Source: Candidatus Woesearchaeota archaeon
GTDB lineage: Archaea > Nanobdellota > Nanobdellia > Woesearchaeales > GW2011-AR4
Assembly (NCBI GenBank): GCA_016184145.1
Contig: JACPDF010000030.1
Span: forward strand, 76 to 64,075
Reading direction: 5' to 3'
Length of the DNA: 64,000 nucleotides
Below the pieces are notes generated by a model, which did not search any database, was not told the DNA's origin, and was given only the letters and a program-made list of their open reading frames with translations. Of this stretch, positions 53,475-62,613 are shown piece by piece; within the stretch, counting starts at the first letter, position 1; each line of letters begins with the position of its first letter. The position numbers and the translations under genes are program-made.

Positions 53475-53638
53475 GAGTTTGTCGATTAATTCTCGCTAAT
53501 GCTTGGGTGCCATCGGGTTCGCATTTGATGTCGTAAGCTATGGCAGACATTCCCCGTGAGGGACATCCCCCTTGTCTGCTAGTTATAAGCAGTAAAGATG
53601 CTCACAAGATGATGGCACCTTCATTAATCGACAAACTC
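53475..53638. mobile_element. MITE: 164 bp, perfect 16-bp terminal inverted repeats, 9-bp target-site duplication
   Basis: GAGTTTGTCGATTAAT (53475-53490) is the reverse complement of 53623-53638. TATTTTAAG flanks both ends (53466-53474 and 53639-53647). There is an internal nested palindrome GGTGCCATC/GATGGCACC and no ORF. Confidence 0.7.
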
Positions 53639-53736
53639 TATTTTAAGCTGAGGGCCTGGGAATCAGATGGCCATGGTTTTTGATTCTTAGGGAGGCACAA
53701 AAAAGCTTATATATATAGATTATATAATCTGTTTCT

Positions 53737-55143
53737 ATGCCTTTGGTGGAATCTTTTTCGGGCATTCGCGGAATTTATGATGACGGGATGGATGAGCAGG
53801 TAACTGTTAGATATGGCTATGCCTACCTTTCCTTTCTAAAGAAAAAATACGGCAATAACCTCAAGGTTGTTATAGGGACTGACACAAGGCCTTCCAGGGA
53901 TATTTTAAAAAACGCCTTAATAGAGGCTTTTGATTGCGAGATAATTGATCTGGGCATTGTAAGCACTCCAATGACGGAGTTTGCTGTAAGACGCTATAAA
54001 GCCAATGGCGGCATAGTGGTAACAGCCTCGCATAATGAGCCGTACTGGAACGGGTTCAAGTTTCTGGATAAGGATGGCGCAGTTCTGAAAGCCAATGAGA
54101 TGGGTGCAATAATAAGGAATTACCACAAATTAAAGAAATTAAGCAATGAAAACTTTTTCAATAATTATTTGTATAAAAACACCAATCCAAAAAAAATAAA
54201 AATCAAAAAAATCCAAAAAAAATATGAGGAAATCAATAAGGAATATTCTGAGTATGTTTTAGGCTTTCTTTCAAATAAGGAAAAGGAAAAAATAAGAAAT
54301 TCTAAATTTAAAGTTATTATTGATCCTAATGGCGGTTCTGGAATCATTGCAAAGCAGATTCTTGAAAAATTAAATGTTAAAGTTATGGGAATTAATATGG
54401 AGCATGGAGTCTTTAACAGGGCTGTTGAGCCGAATGAGGACTCTTTATTGTACCTTTCAAATATGGTAAGGGACAGTAATTATGATTTTGCTGCAGGATT
54501 TGACTGCGATGCTGACAGGGTGGAGATTATGGCTGCCACAGGCCTTATTTCCGGAAATCAACTGCTTGCTTTGATTGCAGATGATATATTGAAAAAATCA
54601 AAAAATAAAGTCATTGTGGTGAATGACGCTACCTCTTTTATGGTAAGGGATATAGCAAAAAAGCATAATGCAAAATATGTTGAGACAGAAGTTGGAGAGA
54701 TAAATGTTGTCAATGAGATGCACAGGCTAAAGGCGCCTGTCGGAGGGGAAGGAAGCTCCAGCGGCGTAATAATACCTGACAGCAGATGCAGGGATGGCAT
54801 ATTAACCTTGCTGTTTTTAATAAAAATTATTGCGAACAAAGGCAAAAAAATAGAAGAATTGATTAGGGAATTGCCGCAATACTATAACTTAAAAACAAAG
54901 GCAACTATTGATTCGAAAAGATATGATTCAATACTCAAAAAAATATATAATTATTATAAGAGAAAAAATTATAAAATAAAGAAATCAAAAGAAGGAAGCC
55001 TGAAAGTCATGCTTGATCATAATTCGTTTATATGGTTCAGGGCTTCAAGGACAGAAGCAAACTTATTAAGGGTTATTGCAGATGCCCAAAAGAAAGAGCA
55101 GGCAGAACTCATAGTTAAGGAAGCTTTAAAGCTTATAAAGTAA
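53737..55143 (+). CDS. phosphoglucomutase/phosphomannomutase family protein
   Basis: Active-site loop VTASHNEPYWNGFKF, metal loop GFDCDADRV and sugar loop GGEGSSSG. Confidence 0.9.
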   Translation: MPLVESFSGIRGIYDDGMDEQVTVRYGYAYLSFLKKKYGNNLKVVIGTDTRPSRDILKNALIEAFDCEIIDLGIVSTPMTEFAVRRYKANGGIVVTASHNEPYWNGFKFLDKDGAVLKANEMGAIIRNYHKLKKLSNENFFNNYLYKNTNPKKIKIKKIQKKYEEINKEYSEYVLGFLSNKEKEKIRNSKFKVIIDPNGGSGIIAKQILEKLNVKVMGINMEHGVFNRAVEPNEDSLLYLSNMVRDSNYDFAAGFDCDADRVEIMAATGLISGNQLLALIADDILKKSKNKVIVVNDATSFMVRDIAKKHNAKYVETEVGEINVVNEMHRLKAPVGGEGSSSGVIIPDSRCRDGILTLLFLIKIIANKGKKIEELIRELPQYYNLKTKATIDSKRYDSILKKIYNYYKRKNYKIKKSKEGSLKVMLDHNSFIWFRASRTEANLLRVIADAQKKEQAELIVKEALKLIK

Positions 55144-55160
55144 TCCCAAAGGCTGGAAAT

Positions 55161-55295
55161 ATGGTAGAGGACAATATATGCAAAAAATGCGGGCAGGAAA
55201 TGGAACTTTTAAGGCAGGAGACTATAGCCAGAACCAGATATAAAATCCTAAAATGCGGGAAATGCAGGAAGCAGATAGCAAGGGCGCAGAACTGA
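55161..55295 (+). CDS. small zinc-ribbon protein (44 aa), below the ORF-track cutoff
   Basis: MVEDNICKKCGQEMELLRQETIARTRYKILKCGKCRKQIARAQN has two CxxC pairs. Confidence 0.4.
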   Translation: MVEDNICKKCGQEMELLRQETIARTRYKILKCGKCRKQIARAQN

Positions 55296-55344
55296 TGCAT
55301 AACAACAATCCTATAATCTCATTTATTCAATTTCATAAAATACA

Positions 55345-55824
55345 ATGTTAATGCAAAAAACTTATGAAGAGCCAGAGGTTTTTTTGGAATACCTTGCCAT
55401 GCCAAATAAGAAGTCTGCTAATGACAATAAACCAAAAAGCGAGCTTGAAAACATAGTGGACGAAGATACAGAAAAAAAGCCTTCTTCAAACGTAGTGTAT
55501 TTAGATGATTACAGGCAAAAAAGACAAAATGCAGATTATGAGTCAACAACAGGGACTTACTTAAACAGAAGGCAGCAGGCCCTTAATGATTTCTCCGACA
55601 GGGTTCCTGGAAAATGGGTTGATGTTTTTCCAGCAAACATGATGGGCTCTGTGCTTGGGTTTACTTACCTTGGGCAGGGCTACATGGCATTGAGGGACGA
55701 TTTGACAGGAAAAACAAAGAAAATGGTTGACATACATGAATCAATACATACTCCGGATGAGTATGAGACAAGAATTCTTACAGAATGGATAATGAGCAGA
55801 CTCAGGATTAAGTACATTAAATGA
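55345..55824 (+). CDS. hypothetical protein with HExxH motif
   Basis: ..MVDIHESIHTPDEYE.. could be a minimal metallopeptidase site. Otherwise unrecognised. Confidence 0.4.
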   Translation: MLMQKTYEEPEVFLEYLAMPNKKSANDNKPKSELENIVDEDTEKKPSSNVVYLDDYRQKRQNADYESTTGTYLNRRQQALNDFSDRVPGKWVDVFPANMMGSVLGFTYLGQGYMALRDDLTGKTKKMVDIHESIHTPDEYETRILTEWIMSRLRIKYIK

Positions 55825-56088
55825 TCATTTTCTTTCTTCGAAAAGCCCAATCTCTTTCCCGGCATCAAGCCAGCCAAAAGCATAATTCAAGGCGCCAAAA
55901 GCAGATGCCCTGTCGTTTTTATTTTTAAAATATTTAGCATCCTCATAATACCTTTTTGCCGTATCAAGGAATTTAATGGCATGCTTGTAGTTTTTATTGC
56001 CTTTTTTTATTTTGATTTTAATATTGTTGAGAACTTTTTCAGTGACTTTGAACTCCCTTTCAAGCCTTTCATCTGTTAGAGTGTCCAT
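55825..56088 (-). CDS. DUF357 family protein
   Basis: ..AKRYYEDAKYF.......ASAFGALNYAFGWLDAG.. matches the archaeal DUF357 pattern. Confidence 0.65.
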   Translation of the reverse strand: MDTLTDERLEREFKVTEKVLNNIKIKIKKGNKNYKHAIKFLDTAKRYYEDAKYFKNKNDRASAFGALNYAFGWLDAGKEIGLFEERK

Positions 56089-56100
56089 TTTATTTTCAAT

Positions 56101-56577
56101 TTACAGCAGCTCTAAAAACCTTGCGTAAACTTCCGTGGATATATAAAAGCCGTCTTTTATCATAGTTTTTAAAATATTTTTTGCATCTTCTTTGCCAATA
56201 ACTCCTTTAGTATATGCAAGATAAATGGCATATAATGTTCCATGAATTTCTACCCTCAGCAATAAAGCAAATTTTTTTGCAGTTTCGTCATCAATAAGCG
56301 CTTTAGCTTTATGCTCCTTTGCCAGTGATATTGTTTCTTTTTCTGCTTGCCCAATGTTTTTTGTTTGCAGAACTCTGCTTATTGCAGCATTTTCAACAAG
56401 AATCCATTTTTCCCTTATTGCCTTTTCTAACGCTATAAATTCTGGAGTTTGTGCTTTTTTTCTTATCTCTTCATAAATATTCTTTGAAATCATTATAGTG
56501 TTAAAGCATTTTTTAAGCAGCTCTAATCTGCCTTGCTTGCCAAGCATAATTATTGGGGAAGAATTAGAAACAATCAT
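56101..56577 (-). CDS. DUF3368-type PIN-like protein (toxin candidate)
   Basis: ..SNSSPIIMLGK.. and ..ALIDDETAKKFA.. It is a paralogue in kind of 37324-37812. Confidence 0.65.
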   Translation of the reverse strand: MIVSNSSPIIMLGKQGRLELLKKCFNTIMISKNIYEEIRKKAQTPEFIALEKAIREKWILVENAAISRVLQTKNIGQAEKETISLAKEHKAKALIDDETAKKFALLLRVEIHGTLYAIYLAYTKGVIGKEDAKNILKTMIKDGFYISTEVYARFLELL

Positions 56578-56882
56578 TTTTTTCTTAAGGCTGCCTTAAA
56601 ATCCGCTTCCAAAGACTCAACTGTGTAGTTAATGGGTATTTTTCTGTCTGCAGCAACTTTCATGAAATCAGCTAATGGAACACTGGCTATTTCTGAGGCT
56701 CTTCCTAGGCTTATATTTCTTTTACTGTATTCATCCAGAGCATATTCCAATTTTTTTTGTTTGACAGCGCTAGTCAGGAGCCTCCTTATTATATTCGACT
56801 TGTCTGTCTGCTCCTGCCTTGCAAAAAACTCTATATCCTTCTTTACGTCCTTTGGGACCCGCGCAACTACTCCTTCTGCCAT
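56574..56882 (-). CDS. UPF0175 family antitoxin candidate
   Basis: ..EYSKRNISLGRASEIASVPLADFMKV...R.IP.. is the typical UPF0175 HTH. It overlaps the downstream DUF3368 gene by 4 nt. Confidence 0.65.
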   Translation of the reverse strand: MAEGVVARVPKDVKKDIEFFARQEQTDKSNIIRRLLTSAVKQKKLEYALDEYSKRNISLGRASEIASVPLADFMKVAADRKIPINYTVESLEADFKAALRKK

Positions 56883-56966
56883 TTTGTTCTTCTATGTTTA
56901 CGATATATATAGATTGTAAACATATATTTAAATCTTTTGTTTTCACGGACTTTGCATATAAGAAAT

Positions 56967-57740
56967 CTACCTAATCAATCTCCTTAGCTCTTTTGCTTTC
57001 CCCAAAGCAATATGGACCATCTTATCAATGTCTTCCGCTGTCAATGGATAGTCGCCGCCTTTCTGCAAAGCACATAATGTGCCGTCACTTAATGAAGCTA
57101 CAGTAAGCCTTGCGTCTATCACCTTTTCCTCGTCAAGATCAGGATCGACAATAAGCTTGTCTCCAATCTTTATTACTGTTACTGTTATCGGCAAATCTTT
57201 GAGATCAAGCTTTTTGTCTGTCTTTTCCTTGTAGTCCAGCTTCTCATTTTCATATTTCGGAAAGCGCATGTCTTTTAATGCGGCGACAGCAGCCAAAGCG
57301 GATGCATCCAGCAGGTTTCCGGAATCATTGATTGTGCATATGTCTATTACCAGCATCCATACCTTTTCATTCTCCTTTATGCACAGCTTTTTGAAATTTA
57401 TTGCTTTGCTTTCCCTTATGCCCCTATCAACAACCCTTGCTATCTCTATGGCTTCTATGCCTGGCGGCCCAAGCTCAAAGTCAGGGTTTGACAATGGCAG
57501 CAGCTCAGCGCCGACCATTATGCCCCCTTCATCAGGTGTATCAGGAAATGGCTCCATAACCTCTGTTTTTATTCCTACAATGACATCGGTCTTTCCTATG
57601 TTAACCCTGGCAGAGCCTTCTGCTGAGCTTGCGACTCCTGTCTCAAGCTTTATAGGCCTGAAATCAGTAAATTTGCGCCCATCCAGCCTTGTATCAGATC
57701 CAAAAAGCTTGATGATATGGTTCCTTAGCTCCTTGTACAT
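56967..57740 (-). CDS. rrp42: exosome complex component Rrp42
   Basis: RNase PH-like fold (..RLDGRKFTDFRPI..) lacking the phosphate-binding residues. It occupies the position after rrp41 in the conserved operon. Confidence 0.9.
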   Translation of the reverse strand: MYKELRNHIIKLFGSDTRLDGRKFTDFRPIKLETGVASSAEGSARVNIGKTDVIVGIKTEVMEPFPDTPDEGGIMVGAELLPLSNPDFELGPPGIEAIEIARVVDRGIRESKAINFKKLCIKENEKVWMLVIDICTINDSGNLLDASALAAVAALKDMRFPKYENEKLDYKEKTDKKLDLKDLPITVTVIKIGDKLIVDPDLDEEKVIDARLTVASLSDGTLCALQKGGDYPLTAEDIDKMVHIALGKAKELRRLIR

Positions 57741-57749
57741 TGTTTCACC

Positions 57750-58460
57750 TTATTCTGCCTCAGCTTTGTATTTTTCTTTTAGCGCCTTGTTCTGCACCTT
57801 GTAAATGTCCTTGCATGCTTTCTTGGCCATCTCGATCACTTTTTTCAGCTCGTCCGTTGATATCAAGCCATCCATCTGCAATAAGGTTATCTTGTCATGG
57901 TTTGGCATCATAGCAACAGGAATATCTGCTACTGGACCGTCTTCGTATGATTCTTCATTATAGTCAAGGTCGACAACAAGCTTATCGTCCACACGGCCAA
58001 CGGATACAGCAGCCACCAAATCCTTCATTGAAAGCCCTGCATCTGCAAGCGCCATTGCAGCAGCAGAAATGCCCGCGCACCTGCTTCCGGCTTCTGTCTG
58101 CGGAAACTCTATAAAAACATCAACAACCGAGTTCGGATACTCATTCAAGTCAAGCACCGGCAATAACGCTTTCTCAGTTACCAAAGAAATTTCTTTTGAT
58201 CTTCTGCTTCCACCAGGCCTTACCCTTTCCCCAAAACTTGAGAAAGGCATCATGTTGTAGTTGCACCTCAAAATTCCCTTGGAAGGGTCCTGCAAAAATC
58301 TTGGATGCAAATTCCTAGGGCCATAAACAGCTGCATAAGCCACCGTGTTCCCTGTCCTGAACATTGCACTGCCGTCAGCCCTCGGTATAATGCCAACTTT
58401 TGCCTCTATTTTCCTCGTCTCATCAAATTTCCTTCCGTCTATCCTTTGTTTGTAAGCCAT
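57750..58460 (-). CDS. rrp41: exosome complex exonuclease Rrp41 (RNase PH-like)
   Basis: ..RIDGRKFDETRKI..ADGSA....GNT.V.AAVYGP.. and ..GGSRRSKEI... Confidence 0.93.
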   Translation of the reverse strand: MAYKQRIDGRKFDETRKIEAKVGIIPRADGSAMFRTGNTVAYAAVYGPRNLHPRFLQDPSKGILRCNYNMMPFSSFGERVRPGGSRRSKEISLVTEKALLPVLDLNEYPNSVVDVFIEFPQTEAGSRCAGISAAAMALADAGLSMKDLVAAVSVGRVDDKLVVDLDYNEESYEDGPVADIPVAMMPNHDKITLLQMDGLISTDELKKVIEMAKKACKDIYKVQNKALKEKYKAEAE

Positions 58461-58494
58461 TTTGGTTTTTTTATTTTTATTGAATTATTGTCTT

Positions 58495-59256
58495 TTATTG
58501 ATTATTATCATCTGTTGTATCTTTCTTTCCCTCTATTTTTTCCCTCCAGTTAGTAATCCTTCCTTTGTTGTTCTTTTCCAAAAACTCCTTTATCTTGTCT
58601 GTCAATCCTGAAAGATGGCTCTCTTCCTCTATCTTTCTTATTGCCATTATTGCAAGAAGCTCGCCTTCAGGGCTTCCGTCAATCCATACAAGGCCATTTT
58701 GTCCTACGCTTATATTGCATCCTGTTGCATCCTTTATCATTGAAACCATGCTGCCCTGCTTCCCTATGATTCTTGGCACTTTGTTGCTCGCAACCTCAAT
58801 CATTCTGCCTCCTTTAAGCCTTCTCAGCCCAGGGCCTTTCATGCTGATATCAACAAGCTTCTGGCTCGTGACATTGACAATTTTGCCTACAATATAATCG
58901 CCTATATCATAAAATTGAGTTAGGTCAGCGCCCCTTTCAATGAATTGCGAGGTCGCTTCCTTCATTGACAGCATTGCCTGGTATGGGCTGTTAGTATCAA
59001 GGCGCCAGCCGTTGACTGTCACATCTGTCACTTTGCATATTATTGTGTCAAATTTTTTTGGTATATACCTTCCTGATAAAGGTATGAGCTTTATCGTCCT
59101 TCCGTCAAGCTGCGCCAATCCCAATCTTGATGCAACAATATTTTCGCCTTCCCTGTAAGTGCCTTGCCCCGGAAAATTATCCATTCCTACTGCTAATGTC
59201 TCTCCTGGAACTACAATGTCCTTGTCCTTCACGTTTATTTTTCCCATGCTAATCAT
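58495..59256 (-). CDS. rrp4: exosome RNA-binding subunit Rrp4 (S1 + KH)
   Basis: N-terminal ..IVVPGETLA.., an S1 domain, and KH ..IIGKQGSMVSMIKDATGCNISVGQNG... Confidence 0.9.
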   Translation of the reverse strand: MISMGKINVKDKDIVVPGETLAVGMDNFPGQGTYREGENIVASRLGLAQLDGRTIKLIPLSGRYIPKKFDTIICKVTDVTVNGWRLDTNSPYQAMLSMKEATSQFIERGADLTQFYDIGDYIVGKIVNVTSQKLVDISMKGPGLRRLKGGRMIEVASNKVPRIIGKQGSMVSMIKDATGCNISVGQNGLVWIDGSPEGELLAIMAIRKIEEESHLSGLTDKIKEFLEKNNKGRITNWREKIEGKKDTTDDNNQ

Positions 59257-59957
59257 TATTTAGTTTTCAAAACCCTTACCTCTGCCTCTCCATGGCAGAT
59301 GTTGTTGAGCTTTTCATAAAACTCCTCTTCTAAACCACCGGGCATCTCTATTACGGCCATGTAGTAGCCGTTATTTTGCCATTCGTCCCTTAAGATTGTA
59401 CCATAGCTTTTTACTGTGGGGTAGGCTTTGCCTGCATACTGCGGCCCAATCTTGACTTCCAGCTCCTTAACCTCAAATTTTATCGGCAGTATAGGCTTCA
59501 GCTTGTTTAAAGCCTCTTGCACCTGCTGCTCTACTGGTAAAAATTCATCGACATGGAACTTTGCCTCTTCAAACGCATTTTCTATCCTTATTACCGGATG
59601 CGGCAAATGCGTTTTTGGATCAACGCCGTTCCTGTGGATTATGCCTATGATCTGCCTTCTCTTCCTTTCCTTAAGCTGGTTCCTGTATTCAGCTGTCAGC
59701 TGTATTTCGCCTTTTTTTATTATATGCCTCGCAACCTCCTCTGCATCTGCAGTCTGAAAAATCTGCCGCATAGCATGCTCAGATGCTTCCAGGCCTTTTT
59801 TAGCGTCTGCATATATATGGGGTGCTGCAAGAACATCCTTCATATCAATACTTTTGCCTTCCCTTAATGCTATTGCATTGCTGCAGTCAACCAGAATCTC
59901 AAAATTCTGGCCGTGCGTTTTTAATCTTGCAATCACTGCCTCATCAACAGTTACCAT
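59256..59957 (-). CDS. SBDS-family ribosome maturation protein
   Basis: ..AVIARLKTHGQNFEILVD.. is the typical SBDS N-terminus. Start taken at MVTVDE; the tracked ORF extends to 59990. Confidence 0.9.
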   Translation of the reverse strand: MVTVDEAVIARLKTHGQNFEILVDCSNAIALREGKSIDMKDVLAAPHIYADAKKGLEASEHAMRQIFQTADAEEVARHIIKKGEIQLTAEYRNQLKERKRRQIIGIIHRNGVDPKTHLPHPVIRIENAFEEAKFHVDEFLPVEQQVQEALNKLKPILPIKFEVKELEVKIGPQYAGKAYPTVKSYGTILRDEWQNNGYYMAVIEMPGGLEEEFYEKLNNICHGEAEVRVLKTK

Positions 59958-60002
59958 ACTCAAAAATCCTCTGTGTATTTTTGGCGCCAACTCCGTGGTT
60001 TT

Positions 60003-60770
60003 TTATCTTTTCTTCTTGTCCTTTGCTTCTTTGGATTCCCCTGATGTTTTCTCTATCTTTTCCTTGGAGAATTTGCGGAACTTTTTCTCGTCTATGCCGA
60101 TATAAGCGGCGTCTATCCTCTCTATCTTGAAATTTTCCCCTAAAACTTTTTTCAATGCCTTTAATGAAAGCCTTAAGCCCTCCTCTATCGTAAGCTCCGG
60201 CCTGTATTCATTATGCAGTATCTCCTCAACTTCAACCTCTCCTTCGCCTATTGCAGTGGCTTTATACTGGAAAAATATTCCTGTTGGGTCAGTCTCGTAG
60301 AGCCTAGGGGCGTGGTCTTCAATTCCAGCTATTAATAAGGAGACTCCAAACGGCCTTAAGCCGCCGCTTTGAGTGCAAATCTGCTTTAAGTCGCAGATTT
60401 CCTTTACGACTGAAAGAGTGTCTATCGGGCTGTCATAAGTGATGCGATGCTGCTGCGCCTTTAGCTGCGCCCTTTCTATCAAAACCCTTGCATCAGACAA
60501 TATTCCTGATGCGGTTGCGCCCATATGCTCGTCTATCTGCCATATCTTTTCAACAGCTTCCGGGACAACCAGGGAATCAATTACCCTCTTGTCTGTTACA
60601 AATAAAACGCCATCTGCGCATACCATCGCTATTGCTGTGCTTCCCTGCCTTACAGTCTTTTTTGCATACTCTACCTGCAAAAGCCTGCCATCGGGGCTGA
60701 ACATTGTTATTGCCCTGTCATAGCCCATCAGCTGATGGGGCATCGGCTGCATACTTTCTCCCTTTACCAT
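60003..60770 (-). CDS. psmA: proteasome subunit alpha
   Basis: ..GYDRAITMFSPDGRLLQVEYA.. is the canonical alpha-subunit N-terminus. Confidence 0.95.
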   Translation of the reverse strand: MVKGESMQPMPHQLMGYDRAITMFSPDGRLLQVEYAKKTVRQGSTAIAMVCADGVLFVTDKRVIDSLVVPEAVEKIWQIDEHMGATASGILSDARVLIERAQLKAQQHRITYDSPIDTLSVVKEICDLKQICTQSGGLRPFGVSLLIAGIEDHAPRLYETDPTGIFFQYKATAIGEGEVEVEEILHNEYRPELTIEEGLRLSLKALKKVLGENFKIERIDAAYIGIDEKKFRKFSKEKIEKTSGESKEAKDKKKR

Positions 60771-60783
60771 TTTTACCTCGTTT

Positions 60784-61143
60784 TTAGTTTAAATATTTTT
60801 GCTGTGCTTTTTTCAAAATTCCAGAAGCTCCAACGCTTCTTATAATAACATCATTATTATCTATTTTGTCTGCGAAAATTAATGACGCCCTTAAATTGTC
60901 AAGGTGCTTGTTGCTTACTCTTAATAGGCCTCTCTGCTTTTCCTTGTTGAATTGGTCATTTATCATCATAATGCCTGCTTTTGCCATTCCTAGGTTTCCT
61001 AAAAATTCCTTTGCAGCATCCATTATGGCCTTGTTTACCTCAAATGCATCATTAAACTTATGCCCTGAAATCACTTCGTATGCTAAATAGCGCTTTTTTT
61101 CCCTTAATGTCGGCAATAATGGTTTTGTTTTTGCCTTAGCCAT
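60784..61143 (-). CDS. RNase P protein component Pop5 (Rnp2)
   Basis: ..LPTLREKKRYLAYEVIS.. is the Pop5 signature. It occupies the conserved position upstream of psmA. Confidence 0.85.
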   Translation of the reverse strand: MAKAKTKPLLPTLREKKRYLAYEVISGHKFNDAFEVNKAIMDAAKEFLGNLGMAKAGIMMINDQFNKEKQRGLLRVSNKHLDNLRASLIFADKIDNNDVIIRSVGASGILKKAQQKYLN

Positions 61144-61380
61144 TGTAATTTTAAAGAAGATAGTTTGCTTCTCCTTTTCTCTCTGATGCCAGGATATTTT
61201 GGTGATATTTAAAGTTTGCTGTTTTGAAATTGGAATAGGATGCAGCTTATAGAGAAAGACAAAAGTCGGTTATAATTTGTTTGTCTTTCTATAAATATTA
61301 GCAGGTATTTATTATAATTTACTTTAGTCTGCTACTATTAAATTAGAAATATTTTTATATGATTTAAAGAATGGATTTTT

Positions 61381-62439
61381 ATGCTCATTTACTGGTTTCT
61401 TCCAATTATATTGCTCTTTGGTATTGTTACTTCCTATGAGGATGTTAAGTTCGGGAAGATAAGGAACAAGTGGATTATTTTAGCTTTGGCTTACAGCATA
61501 GCTGCCAATATTGTGCTTTTTTCGCTGAAATATTATGATGCAGATTATTTAACAAAATTTTTAATAAACAGCTTGTTGTCGCTGGCTGCCGGCTTTTTAA
61601 TCTGGCATTTAAATTTATGGACTGCCGGAGACGCAAAATTGTTTTTTGCCTTTACAACACTCATGCCAATTTACAAGCCCTACTCTTATTTTTTCTTTAT
61701 CAGCTTTTTATCAAACGCATTTATTCCAATTTCAATAGTTTTTTTTATTTATATGCTGTTTAAAACCACCGCGGAGAAAAAATTATTTTATTTTAAAAAA
61801 ACTTTCAATGCCAAGACTATTTTTGATATTATCCTTTTTATTTTTGGTTTTTTGTGGATAATAATATCAGTGTTTGATTTAATAGGCTTAAGAAGCAATA
61901 TACTCCTGTCTTTATTTGCTGTGTTCTTAATGTATTATTTTATTGAAAGAATCCTGAAAATTAAAATACTTTATATCAGCCTGTTAATGTCATTATTAAG
62001 ATTAATTTTTGACAGCTCAGTTTACTCATTAGAGTTTATTGGGGAATTTGCGATGCTGGCATTGCTTTTCTTGATAATCAGAATATTTTTGTTTTCAATG
62101 GGCTCTGGGCATTTCGCAAGGGAAGTAAAATTCACCGAATTAAAAGAGGGGATGATTCCGGCAGAAACCATTTTTAAATCCAAAGGAAAATACTTTAAAA
62201 GCCCAGTGGCATTTTCTATAATCGGGCTGGCTAAACGGAAAAATATTGGAAAGCTTTTATTCAAAAATTCTGCCAAAGGGCTGGGCAAAAAAGAAATAAG
62301 GATTCTCCAGTCTTTGCAGGGAAAATCGCCTCTCAATTCTTTAAAAGTGCAAACCACAATGCCTTTTGACCCTTTCATATTTCTTGGCGCTATATTGACT
62401 ATTGTTTTTCATGGAAATTTTATAGGCGCTTTGGTGTAG
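61381..62439 (+). CDS. A24-family prepilin/preflagellin peptidase with C-terminal extension
   Basis: Polytopic membrane protein. ..SYEDVKFGKIRN.. and ..WTAGDAKLF.. supply the two catalytic Asp motifs. Confidence 0.75.
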   Translation: MLIYWFLPIILLFGIVTSYEDVKFGKIRNKWIILALAYSIAANIVLFSLKYYDADYLTKFLINSLLSLAAGFLIWHLNLWTAGDAKLFFAFTTLMPIYKPYSYFFFISFLSNAFIPISIVFFIYMLFKTTAEKKLFYFKKTFNAKTIFDIILFIFGFLWIIISVFDLIGLRSNILLSLFAVFLMYYFIERILKIKILYISLLMSLLRLIFDSSVYSLEFIGEFAMLALLFLIIRIFLFSMGSGHFAREVKFTELKEGMIPAETIFKSKGKYFKSPVAFSIIGLAKRKNIGKLLFKNSAKGLGKKEIRILQSLQGKSPLNSLKVQTTMPFDPFIFLGAILTIVFHGNFIGALV

Positions 62440-62474
62440 CAAAGTTTATAAAATGCTCCCGCATACCTCTTTTT

Positions 62475-62588
62475 ATGGAAAATTTTGAGATAAAGGATGG
62501 AAGCGCGTTTGTTTCTGTAAACCCCAAGATATATCCTTTGGATGTTATTTTTTCAGCTGCCTATATATTTACCGACAAAATTATATAA
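62475..62588 (+). pseudogene. 37-codon fragment (possible truncated gene)
   Basis: MENFEIKDGSAFVSVNPKIYPLDVIFSAAYIFTDKII* looks like the N-terminus of a larger conserved family (..iYp.d.i..aaY.f.dk.y..) cut by TAA. Confidence 0.25.
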
Positions 62589-62613
62589 AGGTTCATAACT
62601 GTTAACTTCAATT

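Noticed and set aside
53475-53638. SRP RNA or another housekeeping structured RNA as the explanation for the long hairpin.
   Set aside because: Perfect 16-bp termini with a 9-bp direct duplication of the flanking sequence fit a transposition footprint better. I saw no SRP helix-8-type motifs.
62455-62464. A third partial copy of the tRNA-Glu 3' end (TGCTCCCGC).
   Set aside because: It is only a 9-10-nt match, which is within chance expectation for this window, and no tRNA is nearby.
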